The notes: generated from the sequence alone by a model not told the origin. Positions 1-10,781 are shown, counted from the first letter of the stretch. The stretch is 64,000 nt of DNA from Lachnospiraceae bacterium (GCA_017469405.1 JAFUGL010000023.1:1111-65110), one strand, 5' to 3'. Made by a program: numbers and translations.

Positions 1-133
1 AACCGGATGGTCCCATAACTGCAACCATTTCTCCTTCATTTACTTCAAAATTAACATTCTTAAGTACGTTATTCTGTCTCTTATTTACAACATAGGTTTT
101 ACATAAATCCTTTACCTCTAAAATCTTTTCCAT
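1..133 (-). CDS. ABC transporter ATP-binding protein (LolD/MacB-like), N-terminal part, runs off the window
   Basis: Manual translation MEKILEVKDLCKTYVVNKRQNNVLKNVNFEVNEGEMVAVMGPSG reaches the start of Walker A. AAGGAG RBS upstream. Lies downstream of the FtsX-type permease. Confidence 0.9.
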   Translation of the reverse strand, partial: MEKILEVKDLCKTYVVNKRQNNVLKNVNFEVNEGEMVAVMGPSG

Positions 134-261
134 AATCTGTTCTCCTTTTTAATATTCATATTCAAACTGTTTAACAACTCATAATTCATGATTAATTTTT
201 TATCTGTCAAAGTACGTATTTTTATCTTATATCCAAAACAATTTTTAATTATTTTTTTACA

Positions 262-2640
262 CTATTCTATATCCGCTGTATGATATGCCTTGATAGTGTT
301 GGTATAAAGTGCTGTCAAAAATGCGCTTATTGTCGTTGCCGCAAGTATTATAAGCGGGCAGATTATGAAAACCTCCAAAGGCTTAATCTCATATTCAAGG
401 CTGTATGCCACACCCATAATTCCAAATATCGGGTCGATACAAAGCTTGGTTAAAGGTACTGCAAGTAAGGCTGCTATTATAATCGCAAGAACCATAACTA
501 TTACAAATCTTAAGGTATGCTGAATTATTATCCTTTTATTTTTTATTCCGACAGCCTTCATAAGGGCTATCTCGCTCTTTTCCCTGCTTATGAAGGAACG
601 CTCCATAAGTATTGCAATAAGTGCTGCTATAATAACCGTAAGAACAAGTGCAAGATACTCAACCGAACGCATTGTATCCGACACACCTGTTAAATTGTTG
701 GTATAATCCGCTGCATTACGTACATCCTTTGTATCAAATATTACCTTCAAACGCTCAATTCTTTCATCAATTGTTTCATCATCAGGATTATCGTCAAAGT
801 CAATCTGATACGCAAACGATGAAGAAATCTCCGACCTGTCGGTCTTTGCATCCTCATGAAGCCTTCCTATCTGACCTAGCTGATTAAAGCTTGTAAAAAG
901 TCCTGTAACCATATAATCATGCTCTACACCGTTTATCTTGATGCTTACCGTATCTCCTATCTTACAGCCGATGGTCTTGGCTGACTGAGGTGTAAGTGCT
1001 ATCTCATATTCATTTTGCGGAGCTGTTCCTTCGTTATACACGTAGTCGCTCGCTTTTGTTAATTTATTTTGCTGAAATGTAATCTTTTGAGTCTTACCGT
1101 TAAAGGTTACCGGATATTTATACTGAAGCTCTATAACAACCTTTCCCGGCATATCATTTTCAGCAAGTATATCTTCTATCTCATTTAATGTCTCATATAT
1201 TTTTTCATCACCGGTACCGCCGTCCATAAGTTCCATGACTCTCTTTACATCATCCATATAGACATCACTTTTTACCGTTCCGAAAAGATATATAAGCTTT
1301 TCGCTGCAAAGAGTGTTTGCGGTATTGGCAAGAATCATTACAAGAAGCAGACAAATTGTAAATACCACTGTAATGATACCAAACTGCTTTTTGCTGCTTA
1401 AGACATCATTTGCAGCTAAAAATCCTGTAGGTGAAAGCTTGCTCTTGCCAAGTGACAAAAAGCCCTTCTTACCGTATCTTTCACCTGTCTGACCACTTCT
1501 TACCGCGTCAATAGGTGACATCTTCTTAATCCTCTTGGTACTTGAGTAAGCAAACCATACTATAAGAAATACAACCAGCACTGCAGATAAAAGTCCGACG
1601 ATTATACTGTTTTCATTTCCAAGCACCATATTTTCCGATACGCTCTTAAGAAGAATATTTCCAAAAGGAATCGAACCGAAAAATCCGACAACCGCACCTA
1701 AAACCGCTATTGCAAAATACTTTGTTATATAAAGTCTTCTGATGGCGGAATTCTTAATACCTACAGCCTTCATAACACCAATCTCACGGAACTCCTCGGT
1801 TATGGTAAAGCCGATTGTAAATCTAAGCACCGTAAAGGATACAAGTATAAGTCCGAGACTTATAACAAGCAGCACACCTGCCACAATCATATTCATTACA
1901 TAAGTCATTTTTATTACGCTTATATCAGCATCAAACAATATTCCGTCTTTAGTGGAAAGCATTTCCTTTAATGCATTTGCATCATCGGCATCTATATAAT
2001 AAATCTTTCCGAAGGATTTACTTAATACTTCGTCGTTTGATTTAAATTTTTCGTAATCCTTATCATTTATGATATATCTCGGATTGCCCATAAAGTCCGA
2101 GCCAAGCAAGGCATCCTTAGCAATACCTGCTATTTTAAACTTAACGCTTACTCCGTAAAGCTTAATCTCTATCTCATCTCCTACGGAAAGCTTGGATTTT
2201 TTCAGTATAGAGTTATTGACATAAACCTCGCCTTCTTTGACCTTATCTATACTGTTATTATTCTTATCAAAATATTTGATGGCAGTTCTGTCAACAGATA
2301 CCACCAGCGAAATATTCTGATATTCAAACGCCTTTTTTCCGTCATGAAGCACATCCGTACTGTTTGCATAAATCAATTCCTCAACGCGATAATCCTTTAC
2401 AAAGCTTTCCTTATCAAGAGCTTCCTCGATAGAGGTATCGCCCTCTTTTGACATGGATATTACAAAATAATTTCCGTCAAGACCTGCTTTGTCAAAATAA
2501 TAATCCAATCCGCTCACAACCGTAAAAATGTTGTTTACGCTTGCCGCAACAAACATCGCCGAAAGAATTACAAAAAGCAAAAGAATAATATTCATGGTCT
2601 TTTTTCTTTTTAAATCTTTTTTCAAAATCCTGAAAAACAT
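262..2640 (-). CDS. FtsX/MacB-like ABC transporter permease (two FtsX domains)
   Basis: 792 aa with two REIGVMKAVG / SEIALMKAVG motifs, TM clusters and two extracellular domains. Confidence 0.9.
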   Translation of the reverse strand: MFFRILKKDLKRKKTMNIILLLFVILSAMFVAASVNNIFTVVSGLDYYFDKAGLDGNYFVISMSKEGDTSIEEALDKESFVKDYRVEELIYANSTDVLHDGKKAFEYQNISLVVSVDRTAIKYFDKNNNSIDKVKEGEVYVNNSILKKSKLSVGDEIEIKLYGVSVKFKIAGIAKDALLGSDFMGNPRYIINDKDYEKFKSNDEVLSKSFGKIYYIDADDANALKEMLSTKDGILFDADISVIKMTYVMNMIVAGVLLVISLGLILVSFTVLRFTIGFTITEEFREIGVMKAVGIKNSAIRRLYITKYFAIAVLGAVVGFFGSIPFGNILLKSVSENMVLGNENSIIVGLLSAVLVVFLIVWFAYSSTKRIKKMSPIDAVRSGQTGERYGKKGFLSLGKSKLSPTGFLAANDVLSSKKQFGIITVVFTICLLLVMILANTANTLCSEKLIYLFGTVKSDVYMDDVKRVMELMDGGTGDEKIYETLNEIEDILAENDMPGKVVIELQYKYPVTFNGKTQKITFQQNKLTKASDYVYNEGTAPQNEYEIALTPQSAKTIGCKIGDTVSIKINGVEHDYMVTGLFTSFNQLGQIGRLHEDAKTDRSEISSSFAYQIDFDDNPDDETIDERIERLKVIFDTKDVRNAADYTNNLTGVSDTMRSVEYLALVLTVIIAALIAILMERSFISREKSEIALMKAVGIKNKRIIIQHTLRFVIVMVLAIIIAALLAVPLTKLCIDPIFGIMGVAYSLEYEIKPLEVFIICPLIILAATTISAFLTALYTNTIKAYHTADIE

Positions 2641-2673
2641 AGCTTTTTCTCCTTTAATTTATTTCTCACTGTA

Positions 2674-2831
2674 ACGGTTCTCATTGACACACTTTACAAA
2701 CTTCCGACTTTGTATAAAATGTACACGCATGGCACGTTGACACTTAACGCCATGCTTAGCACATTTTTTTACAAAGTCTGCTATAGTTCATAGTATAAAA
2801 ATGTGTCAATGAGAACCGTCCATATGACACA
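2674..2831. repeat. REPIN-like long palindrome, copy 1
   Basis: Perfect 18-bp inverted arms ACGGTTCTCATTGACACA (2674-2691 / 2802-2819) around a shared core at 2721-2762 (reverse complement GTGCTAAGCATGGCGTTAAGTGTCAACGTGCCATGCGTGTAC). Confidence 0.85.
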
Positions 2832-2987
2832 CGAATTAACTTTACAAGAAGACTATAACATGCAAATTATTAAATAATAATTAAATGAGAAAAATGAGCA
2901 AAAAAATACTTCTTTGGAAGAATATACATTATACTTCCAAAGAAGTAATCACATCAATAAAACATCCATTAAAGAACCTGTTCTATA

Positions 2988-3941
2988 TTAGCTTACCACA
3001 TTTTCTTTTCGACCTTCCGTAAATGCCTTAAAATTATTTGCCACGATATCGACAAGTCTCTTTCTTGCATCGACACTTGCCCATCCCATATGCGGGGTAA
3101 AGGTTATATTGGGTGCGTCAAGCAAAGGATTATCTTCTTTCATCGGTTCAACCGAAACAACATCCACACCTGCTGCCGCAACCTTGCCACTCTTAAGCGC
3201 CAAAGCTAAATCGGCTTCATCGACAAGACCGCCACGACTTACATTTATTATAATCACTCCATCCTTCATCTTGTTAATATTGGACTTATTAATTATCTTT
3301 TCAGTATCAGAGGTTAGCGGGCAATGAAGTGATACTATATCCGCCTGGGAAAGCAAAGTATCAATATCCACAAATTGAACCTTATCATCCGTGTATTTTT
3401 CCGGATGTGCCGTATTTACAAGAACATTCATATTAAATGCCTTTGCGATTTCACAAACTCTTCTTCCTATATTTCCGTAGCCGACAACCCCTATGGTTTT
3501 TCCTGCAAGCTCAGTTACGGGAGCAAGCCAGTAGCAAAATATTTCCGACTTAATCCAATCACCGTTATGCACACTCTCATTATGTCTGCTTATATGGCAA
3601 ACCGATTCAAGAATAAGTCCCCAGGTAAGCTGGGCAACCGAATCCGTACTGTATGCCGGAACATTTGTAACCGTTACATTGTGCCTTTTTGCCGCCTCTA
3701 TATCAATCACGTTATAGCCTGTTGCACAGACACCGATATAGCGGATGTTTGGACACCTCTCAAACACTTCCTCATCCATTTTTATTTTATTAACAAATAA
3801 AATATCAGCATCTCCTATATGCTCATACTTATCCTGCTCGGTTGTATTTGCATATATCTTTGTATCAATAAGCTTCGTCAACGGTTCCCACGAAAGGTCA
3901 TTGTGATTAACCGCATCACCCTCAAGCAAAACTGCTTTCAT
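2988..3941 (-). CDS. D-2-hydroxyacid dehydrogenase (glycerate dehydrogenase-like)
   Basis: GVVGYGNIG NAD-binding motif, INVSRG, TPHMGW. Start set at MKAVLL after a GGAGG RBS. Confidence 0.9.
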   Translation of the reverse strand: MKAVLLEGDAVNHNDLSWEPLTKLIDTKIYANTTEQDKYEHIGDADILFVNKIKMDEEVFERCPNIRYIGVCATGYNVIDIEAAKRHNVTVTNVPAYSTDSVAQLTWGLILESVCHISRHNESVHNGDWIKSEIFCYWLAPVTELAGKTIGVVGYGNIGRRVCEIAKAFNMNVLVNTAHPEKYTDDKVQFVDIDTLLSQADIVSLHCPLTSDTEKIINKSNINKMKDGVIIINVSRGGLVDEADLALALKSGKVAAAGVDVVSVEPMKEDNPLLDAPNITFTPHMGWASVDARKRLVDIVANNFKAFTEGRKENVVS

Positions 3942-4019
3942 ACAAATATCCTCCAATTATTTCTTTATTTCAAACTTAGCCCGCACATCAGACTGTCTGT
4001 TCCCATGTTAAATATAAGG

Positions 4020-5144
4020 TTATTCTTTTTCCATACTTTTCCAGTAGCTGTGGAGCATAATAAATATAATGAACACATAAATTACAGTTATCGCTATATT
4101 TACATACATCAATTCGCGGAAGACTATCATAAATGCCACAAAGGTTATAATTAAAACCGCCGTATTTATCCAGAATCTCTTATCCGGTCTAAGCCTTTCC
4201 TTCGCATATCTGCCGGTTGCAAAAAGGAATATATAATAAAGTAAAAATGAACCGGTTAAAAATAACGTTTTCGGCATCAAATCAACCTCTTCCTCGCGCA
4301 TAAACTCAAGAGCGGTTGTTATATTATTTAATGCAAATATGATAAACACATGAAGCATCATATAACCTGTTCCGTTGGTAGTCATTTCACGGTCAATCAG
4401 ATGGTCGTATATCGTACCGTAGCAAAGGAAAAGACCGACTACAATCAAAAATCCCATTATAGAAAAATAAATTGTATTAAATCCTATCTCGCCTTCAAAA
4501 TAACCCGAAACGGCAATTATCATTTCACCAAAAGTAAATACCACATAAAGCATCGCTCTTTCCGTTAAGTGCGCAAAATCAACCGTCACAAGGCTGTTAA
4601 TCCTTCCTGAAAGAGAGGTTGCAACTATACCAAACAAAATCGGAAGTGCCGCAATCGCAACTCCTGTTATATGATAAACAGGTATAGAAACAAACACCAT
4701 AATTGCTTCTATAAAAATGATAATCATACTTCTTCTTATCTGCACCGTCTCCCATGGTGCCTTTCTTCTGCATTTATTAAATTCGATAAAATACTGCAAG
4801 CATATATTTAACAGAATCAGTCCCCACGCGACATTGTATCTGTTGAAATGAGTCTGCCAGTGAATCCTTGTTCCATCCGCCATGTAGTACAAAAGGTACA
4901 TATTTATAAACAGAAAAATATGATCTCTTAACCCGTTTGTACCGTATCTGTTTATGTAAAAGGTTGTAAAATTCCATATCTGTATAATCGCAAGCGTACA
5001 AAGGACATATGTTAAAAATATTTCTCCCGAAACAAACCCATCCTCCACATGATGAAGTAAAGAATTATTGCGACCGATAAGATATACAAATATCAAATCA
5101 TATATAAGCTCCAGATATTCAACTTTCTTTTCTTCCTTTTCCAT
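4020..5144 (-). CDS. Low temperature requirement protein A (LtrA) family membrane protein
   Basis: LELIYDLIFV N-terminal motif, HLTERAMLYVVFTFGE motif, multiple TM helices. Confidence 0.85.
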   Translation of the reverse strand: MEKEEKKVEYLELIYDLIFVYLIGRNNSLLHHVEDGFVSGEIFLTYVLCTLAIIQIWNFTTFYINRYGTNGLRDHIFLFINMYLLYYMADGTRIHWQTHFNRYNVAWGLILLNICLQYFIEFNKCRRKAPWETVQIRRSMIIIFIEAIMVFVSIPVYHITGVAIAALPILFGIVATSLSGRINSLVTVDFAHLTERAMLYVVFTFGEMIIAVSGYFEGEIGFNTIYFSIMGFLIVVGLFLCYGTIYDHLIDREMTTNGTGYMMLHVFIIFALNNITTALEFMREEEVDLMPKTLFLTGSFLLYYIFLFATGRYAKERLRPDKRFWINTAVLIITFVAFMIVFRELMYVNIAITVIYVFIIFIMLHSYWKSMEKE

Positions 5145-5158
5145 TTTCGCCTCCTATG

Positions 5159-5190
5159 ATGTGACACAGTAACAAACAAAATTGTCACAT
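5159..5190. repeat. Short REP-like hairpin (TGTGWCA family)
   Basis: ATGTGACA...TGTCACAT arms, same end motif as the larger palindromes. Confidence 0.5.
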
Positions 5191-5304
5191 AGCTACATTA
5201 TTATCTTGCGTCATTTTATCATAATTTTAAACATTAAGAAATATTTAAAAATGCATTTTTAAAAAATGAAGAAATAGAGCTGTTATTTATATCTAGCAAC
5301 ATAT

Positions 5305-5973
5305 TCAAATTGGATACTTGACACTTTTTATCGAATATGCTATCGTACTATTGAAGTTGATGAATGTGGTCGCCTTGGGGAAATCTCCCCCTATGGAAAG
5401 ACACAATTCATCAACTTTTTCTATATTTACTGCTATTATGTAATCTTTTTTTATACATTGATTAATATACTCTTTTAATCCTTCTCTTCCATACATACTT
5501 GCTATACAATTATTTTTTTTAATTCGGCCAAAATTGTTTAACCTAATAAAGACAAAAATATATCTTCCGTCATTATCTATTTGATCCGTCATAACAGCTA
5601 AAGTATTCTTGGATGATCCTTTTAGGACCATTAAAGGTCTTTTAAAAGCCCATAGTACATCCAATACTTGCTGTTTAGTTAATCCATGTCCACTTTTCTT
5701 GGTTCTTTTCCCATTATTATCACGGATTTCAGGCATCATACACTTATCAATCACAGATTTTGATATAGTTAAATCAAGCTCTCCATAATCACAACATATT
5801 GATATAGCTTTAGGTGTTTTTCCAACCAATAATGGGCTGCTTGCAACCTTTTTATCTCCAAGAAGCAGTTTCTCAAAGCATTTTGAAAACTCTTTTTCTT
5901 CTTTTTTATTTTCATTTATATTATTAAGTTCATCCTCCGTAAAACCATTTATATACATAGAATCACAATCCAA
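5305..5973 (-). CDS. MuF-C-terminal / BECR-fold-like domain protein (putative RNase toxin)
   Basis: Pattern VGKTP...GHGLTK...RPLMVLK...NNCIASMYGR resembles the phage MuF_C domain as recalled; not searched. Confidence 0.55.
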   Translation of the reverse strand: MDCDSMYINGFTEDELNNINENKKEEKEFSKCFEKLLLGDKKVASSPLLVGKTPKAISICCDYGELDLTISKSVIDKCMMPEIRDNNGKRTKKSGHGLTKQQVLDVLWAFKRPLMVLKGSSKNTLAVMTDQIDNDGRYIFVFIRLNNFGRIKKNNCIASMYGREGLKEYINQCIKKDYIIAVNIEKVDELCLSIGGDFPKATTFINFNSTIAYSIKSVKYPI

Positions 5974-5988
5974 TCTTTTGAGGTGTAT

Positions 5989-6261
5989 TTATCCATTACC
6001 TTTAGATACAAATTTTATCTCTAAATCCATATCAAGTGCCATTGCTAATTTTAATAAAACTTCAATAGTCGGAACATTTATTTTTTTTTCAATCCTGACA
6101 ATATTAGTTCTTGCTATTCCGGTAATTTCAGCAATTTTTTCTTGAGAATATCCTTTTTCTTTTCTAATCCTTATGTACTGCTCAATAATATCATCTTTTG
6201 TTCTTTTTTTTTCTTCCTCAATAATAATATCTAAATTATTATTTTTTTTATAATATTCCAT
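5989..6261 (-). CDS. XRE-family HTH protein
   Basis: IRKEKGYSQEKIAEITGIARTNIVRIEK HTH motif. Start at MEYYKK after GGAGG. Confidence 0.9.
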   Translation of the reverse strand: MEYYKKNNNLDIIIEEEKKRTKDDIIEQYIRIRKEKGYSQEKIAEITGIARTNIVRIEKKINVPTIEVLLKLAMALDMDLEIKFVSKGNG

Positions 6262-6388
6262 GCGTCCTCCTATGTCTCCAATATTACGTATCACAAATTA
6301 TACGTATCATTATTATAACATATTTTTTAATTATGTAAATAAAAAAGAATACTTATTTAAAAAGTATCCTTTTTTATCAACTATTTAA

Positions 6389-7201
6389 TTATTTATCAAT
6401 ATTCTTATTCATGCTTCCCATCTTATATCCACCCAGATCAAGCGTTACATATGAGAAACCAAGCTCTTGAAAATAATTATTAATAAATTCAGAAATCTCC
6501 GGTCTGATTATTTTTTCAAAATCCTTCTTTTCAACCTCTATCCTCGCCATATCACCATGTATGCGGACGCGCATCTGCCTAAATCCAAGCTCCAAAAGCT
6601 TTTCCTCTGCCTTTTCCACCATACCGAGTTTTTCCTTTGTTATGGTTTCACCATATACAAATCTTGATGCCAAACACGCATAAGAAGGCTTGTCCCATGT
6701 AGGAAGATTAAGCTCCTTTGAAAGCTTACGTATATCATCTTTAGTAAGCCCTGCATATCTTAACGGACTTTTAATCTCAAGCTCGGCTACTGCCATAAGC
6801 CCGGGTCGGTAATCTCCTTCATCATCTACATTCGAACCCTCGACAACATATTCTATGCCACGCTCGGAGGCGATATCCTTTATTTTGGAAAAAAGATTTT
6901 TCTTACATAAGTAACATCTGTTTTTTGGATTTTTACAAAAACCGGGAACCGAAAGCTCATCCGTCTCCAAAACAATCTGCTCTATACCCTCTGCCTCACA
7001 AAAAGCCTTTGTCTCCTCAAGTTCCCTTGCCGGAAATGAGCAGGACTGCGCAGTTACCGCCACCGCCTTATCACCTAAAACAGCATGCGCTTCCTTTAAC
7101 AAAAAGGTCGAATCAACCCCCGATGAAAATGCAACCAAAACACTTCCAAGCTCACGTAGGTATTCTTCTAGCTTTTCTTTCTTTTTATATAATTCTTCCA
7201 T
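6389..7201 (-). CDS. larE: ATP-dependent sulfur transferase LarE
   Basis: PP-loop AFSSGVDS, RCYLCK, DYRPGL, PSYACLASRF; adjacent to larC and larB. Confidence 0.92.
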   Translation of the reverse strand: MEELYKKKEKLEEYLRELGSVLVAFSSGVDSTFLLKEAHAVLGDKAVAVTAQSCSFPARELEETKAFCEAEGIEQIVLETDELSVPGFCKNPKNRCYLCKKNLFSKIKDIASERGIEYVVEGSNVDDEGDYRPGLMAVAELEIKSPLRYAGLTKDDIRKLSKELNLPTWDKPSYACLASRFVYGETITKEKLGMVEKAEEKLLELGFRQMRVRIHGDMARIEVEKKDFEKIIRPEISEFINNYFQELGFSYVTLDLGGYKMGSMNKNIDK

Positions 7202-7296
7202 AAGTATCCCTTTCTTATATCAAACTTATATGTGACAAGTTTACGCTCCCATATTACAGTTGCGCCAAGACTCTTTCTCAAATAAACTAATATATG

Positions 7297-8634
7297 TCAC
7301 TCTTCAATCAGTTTCTTTACCTCTTCGATACCGATATTTTTCTCCCTTGCTATGCGTGCCAAATCTTCGTATTCATATTTGCATCTCTTAGCGCCATATC
7401 CTGATGATATTTTTTGCCTTACTTCGCCATAAGGAGTTTCCACAGACTCTATCCGGCGCTTCAACACATATCTCTTTGTCTCGGTCTCACGCACTCCGAT
7501 AGTTGTTGTATATTTAAATATCAGTTCAATCATTTTCTCTTTGATTTCTTCTTTGCACATAACCCAGATAAGGGTGCCCGGTCTTGATTTTTTCATACCG
7601 ATCGGAATAGTATAAACCTCAAGTGCACCGCCATCAAACAGCCTTTCTGTTGCAAAGCTTATTTCCTCCGCAGTCATATCGTCCACATTACAGGATAGCT
7701 CAAGAACAGTATCCGTCTTATCATCTGCTTCGCCCATCATAGCCCTTACACAGTTAGCTGCTTCAAAATCCTTTTTTCCCATTCCGTATCCGATAGCGTG
7801 TGTTATCATAACCGGCATCTCACCAAAACTGTCTGTAAAATATTTCAATAATGCAGCTCCGGTCGGAGTGCAAAGCTCTCCGTTTATCTTACCGCCATAA
7901 ATCGGTACATCCTTTAAAATATAAGCTGTTGCAGGTGCCGGTACCGGAAGTATGCCATGTGCACACTTTACCTGACCGCTTCCTACATGCACAGGTGATG
8001 TAACTATTCTTTCAGGCGCAAGCTCTTCCATAAGCATACATACCATCGTAACATCCGCAACTGCATCCATGGTTCCCACCTCGTGAAAATGTATCTCGGT
8101 AACAGGTCTTCCATGCGCATGACTTTCTGCTTCAGCAATCAATCCATACACAGCCAGTACGTCTTTTTTCACTTTATCAGAAATATTTAAACTATCAACA
8201 ATATGCTCTATATCGTGCATGCTTGCATGGTGATGATGACCATGTTCGTGATGATGTTCGTGTTCGTGCTCGTGTTCTCCATGCTCGTGGTAATGATGCT
8301 CGTGCACATGCACGCCATGTTCATGATGATGGTGTTCATGTTCCCCATGCTCATGATGGTGTTCATGATTTTCATGTTCATGATCATATTCTCCATGCTC
8401 ATGATGGTGTTCGTATATATTTTCATCTTCCTCGGAACCGTTCACCCTAACTGCGATATGTGTTCCTGTAATTCCACACTTCACAGAACTTTCCTTTTCA
8501 ACCACCACACCGGGTATTGAAAGAGAATTTATTTTATCTATAAATTTATCAGGTTCAGGCAGGAGCTCAACCAACGCTGCTGCAAGCATATCTCCCGCTG
8601 CACCCATACTGCAATCCAGATATAATGTTTTCAT
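7297..8634 (-). CDS. larC: Nickel insertase LarC, single ORF with His-rich region
   Basis: DCSMGAAGDM, IHFHEVG, CAHGILPVPAPAT, ELCTPTGAA and a long His/Glu tract. Confidence 0.95.
   Translation of the reverse strand: MKTLYLDCSMGAAGDMLAAALVELLPEPDKFIDKINSLSIPGVVVEKESSVKCGITGTHIAVRVNGSEEDENIYEHHHEHGEYDHEHENHEHHHEHGEHEHHHHEHGVHVHEHHYHEHGEHEHEHEHHHEHGHHHHASMHDIEHIVDSLNISDKVKKDVLAVYGLIAEAESHAHGRPVTEIHFHEVGTMDAVADVTMVCMLMEELAPERIVTSPVHVGSGQVKCAHGILPVPAPATAYILKDVPIYGGKINGELCTPTGAALLKYFTDSFGEMPVMITHAIGYGMGKKDFEAANCVRAMMGEADDKTDTVLELSCNVDDMTAEEISFATERLFDGGALEVYTIPIGMKKSRPGTLIWVMCKEEIKEKMIELIFKYTTTIGVRETETKRYVLKRRIESVETPYGEVRQKISSGYGAKRCKYEYEDLARIAREKNIGIEEVKKLIEE
8220..8412 (-). repeat. His/Glu-rich low-complexity coding repeat within larC
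   Basis: Iterated HEHHHEHG-like units. Confidence 0.85.
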
Positions 8635-8664
8635 CGTAAACCTCCAAATTAAATTCGTTTAACA

Positions 8665-8834
8665 TGTCATCAGAGACGATTCTCTCTGACACATTATATA
8701 TCATCATCCATTCTGTAAGACTGTATATAAAAATGTGCTTAGCATGGCGTTAAGTAACACGTGCCATGCGAGTACATTTATATATACTGTCGAAGCATAC
8801 AAAAATGTGTCAGAGAGAATCGTCCCTGATGACA
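8665..8834. repeat. REPIN-like long palindrome, copy 2 (between larB and larC)
   Basis: Perfect 21-bp arms GACGATTCTCTCTGACACATT (8675-8695 / 8804-8824), extendable to 8665/8834. Core GTGCTTAGCATGGCGTTAAGTAACACGTGCCATGCGAGTAC at 8735-8775. Confidence 0.85.
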
Positions 8835-8841
8835 CATTTGT

Positions 8842-9585
8842 TCACCTGTGGTTTATCATGCTTGCAAGATACCCTGCTCCAAATCCGTTATCGATATTTA
8901 CAACAGACACTCCGCTGGCACAGGAATTAAGCATAGATAATAACGCAGAAAGCCCTCCAAAGGATGCTCCATATCCGACACTTGTCGGTACTGCTATAAC
9001 CGGACAATCGCAAAGTCCTCCTACCACACTCGCTAAAGCACCTTCCATACCTGCAATTGCAATCACAACGCTCGCATCCATAAGTTCCTCCTTATACGCA
9101 AGCAGCCTGTGAATTCCTGCGACCCCGACATCATAGATTCTCGTCACCTCATTTCCAAGTGACTCGGCCGTGATGGCAGCCTCTTCTGCAACAGGTATGT
9201 CGCTTGTGCCCGCTGTCGCGACAACAATCTTTCCTAAACCGTCTGCCTTGTGAAATGTACCGTAAAATCCGATTCGTGCATCAGCATAATAGGTTATAGG
9301 ATAATTTTTTGATAAGTCTTCCGCCTTATCAGGTTCAATCCTGGTTATCAAGATCTTATCCTGTCCGTTTTCCTTCATCACATCAATAATGCCGCTTATC
9401 TGCTCACAAGTTTTTCCGGCTCCGTATATAACCTCCGGCACTCCCTGCCTTATCTTGCGATGATTATCAACCTTAGCATATTCTATATCAGTAAACGGTT
9501 CAACCTTTAACTTTAAAAGTGCCTCATCAACCGAAAGCACACCATTTTTTACATCCTCAAGTATACGCTTAGTCTCATTTATCAT
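8842..9585 (-). CDS. larB: Nickel-pincer cofactor carboxylase/hydrolase LarB
   Basis: PEVIYGAGKT, TAGTSDIPVAEEA, AGMEGALASVV, VPTSVGYG, VNIDNGFGA. Confidence 0.95.
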   Translation of the reverse strand: MINETKRILEDVKNGVLSVDEALLKLKVEPFTDIEYAKVDNHRKIRQGVPEVIYGAGKTCEQISGIIDVMKENGQDKILITRIEPDKAEDLSKNYPITYYADARIGFYGTFHKADGLGKIVVATAGTSDIPVAEEAAITAESLGNEVTRIYDVGVAGIHRLLAYKEELMDASVVIAIAGMEGALASVVGGLCDCPVIAVPTSVGYGASFGGLSALLSMLNSCASGVSVVNIDNGFGAGYLASMINHR

Positions 9586-9768
9586 ATGATCATATACTCC
9601 TAACTTTTTGACTAAAGTTTATTCTCACTTCTAACTAACAATAATTCTAAAAAACAAACTACTTATTTGTTTTCTTGTTATTTTCACAGATTAAACATTC
9701 GACAAAACAAATTTACTCTCTTATTATAAAAGCGGTTTTGCATTTTGCAAACCGCTTTTTATAATAAT

Positions 9769-10086
9769 TTAATTTTTATTTTTCATAAGAGAAGCTCTTA
9801 CCACACCTTTTGGATCTTTAATGATAAGAATTATAAGCCAGATGATAAGTCCAAGCGCAACAACCGAAAGGCCAAGGAATAAATCATTTAACATATCCGC
9901 AGGCTCCGGAGTAAAATATGCACTCTTTAATTCTATGAATTCCGCTATCGCATCCACCATCCACATAAGTGATGCACCCCAGTACATAAGTGCAAGAGTT
10001 CCTAGCTTCATCTCATTTTTTGGAGCATTTTTATACCACAAAATTGTTGTAATGATTGCGGCAAAAACTGTAGTAAGTAAAGTCAT
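9769..10086 (-). CDS. Small hypothetical membrane protein (about 3 TM)
   Basis: 105 aa hydrophobic ORF, 1 bp from the upstream ORF. Confidence 0.75.
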   Translation of the reverse strand: MTLLTTVFAAIITTILWYKNAPKNEMKLGTLALMYWGASLMWMVDAIAEFIELKSAYFTPEPADMLNDLFLGLSVVALGLIIWLIILIIKDPKGVVRASLMKNKN

Positions 10087-10087
10087 T

Positions 10088-10525
10088 TTATGCCTCCTCT
10101 AAACTGTCATCGGACTGTTCTTCCAAAGAATCTGCCTTCTTTTCTATCGCAGAAGAAACTGCAACCATACCAAGCCAAACTGCCGTAACAAGTCCCGCCA
10201 TACCAACACCTACTGTTGACATCTCATGGAGCATTTCGGCTGCATCGGTCGGATTACCCGCCGCCGTTAAAAATGGGAACCACGGAACAACCTCTCCATG
10301 CCACAGATGCTCAAATGCGAGAAGTCCCGAACCACCCCAGAGAAGATTATTAAGCCATCCGAGCTTATGTGAAAATGGAATCTTTTTTGAAGTTTCTACA
10401 GACTCTATATCCTTTGAATCCAAGCTAATTTCTAAATTCTCACTTTTTGTTTCCTTTGATTTTACCACCTTTGTTGCAATTGTTGTAACCACTGCCTCAA
10501 CAGCAGGAACGATAAAACATGCCAT
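10088..10525 (-). CDS. Hypothetical membrane protein with FEHLWHGE and MLHEM motifs
   Basis: 145 aa, AGGAGG RBS, TM segments with His/Met-rich motifs. Confidence 0.75.
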   Translation of the reverse strand: MACFIVPAVEAVVTTIATKVVKSKETKSENLEISLDSKDIESVETSKKIPFSHKLGWLNNLLWGGSGLLAFEHLWHGEVVPWFPFLTAAGNPTDAAEMLHEMSTVGVGMAGLVTAVWLGMVAVSSAIEKKADSLEEQSDDSLEEA

Positions 10526-10781
10526 AAAATAACCCTCCTTAAAATAAATAAAAGGTATACGTTATCTCTTTTCTAAGAAAACATACACCTTCATAGCATA
10601 CTATTTTTCAATATTTCAAAACACTTTAAAATACACATTCAATTTAATTTCAAAACTCAAGTATCAAAAATCTTCAATTATATAAATTGAAACATAATTT
10701 TAAAGTTTGCACTTCTGTGCATTAAATCGGCTTCATACCGACACTGATATTATATAATAATATATTTCTTCAAGCAAGTTT

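Noticed and set aside
8203-8520. Overlapping alternative-frame ORFs rich in Met/His/Val inside larC
   Set aside because: Artefacts of the His/Glu codon repeat.
8735-8775. GTTAAGT/GTTGAGT matches the integron attC GTTRRRY box
   Set aside because: It lies in the hairpin loop rather than at the ends, there is no paired RYYYAAC box, no cassette-like array and no integrase.
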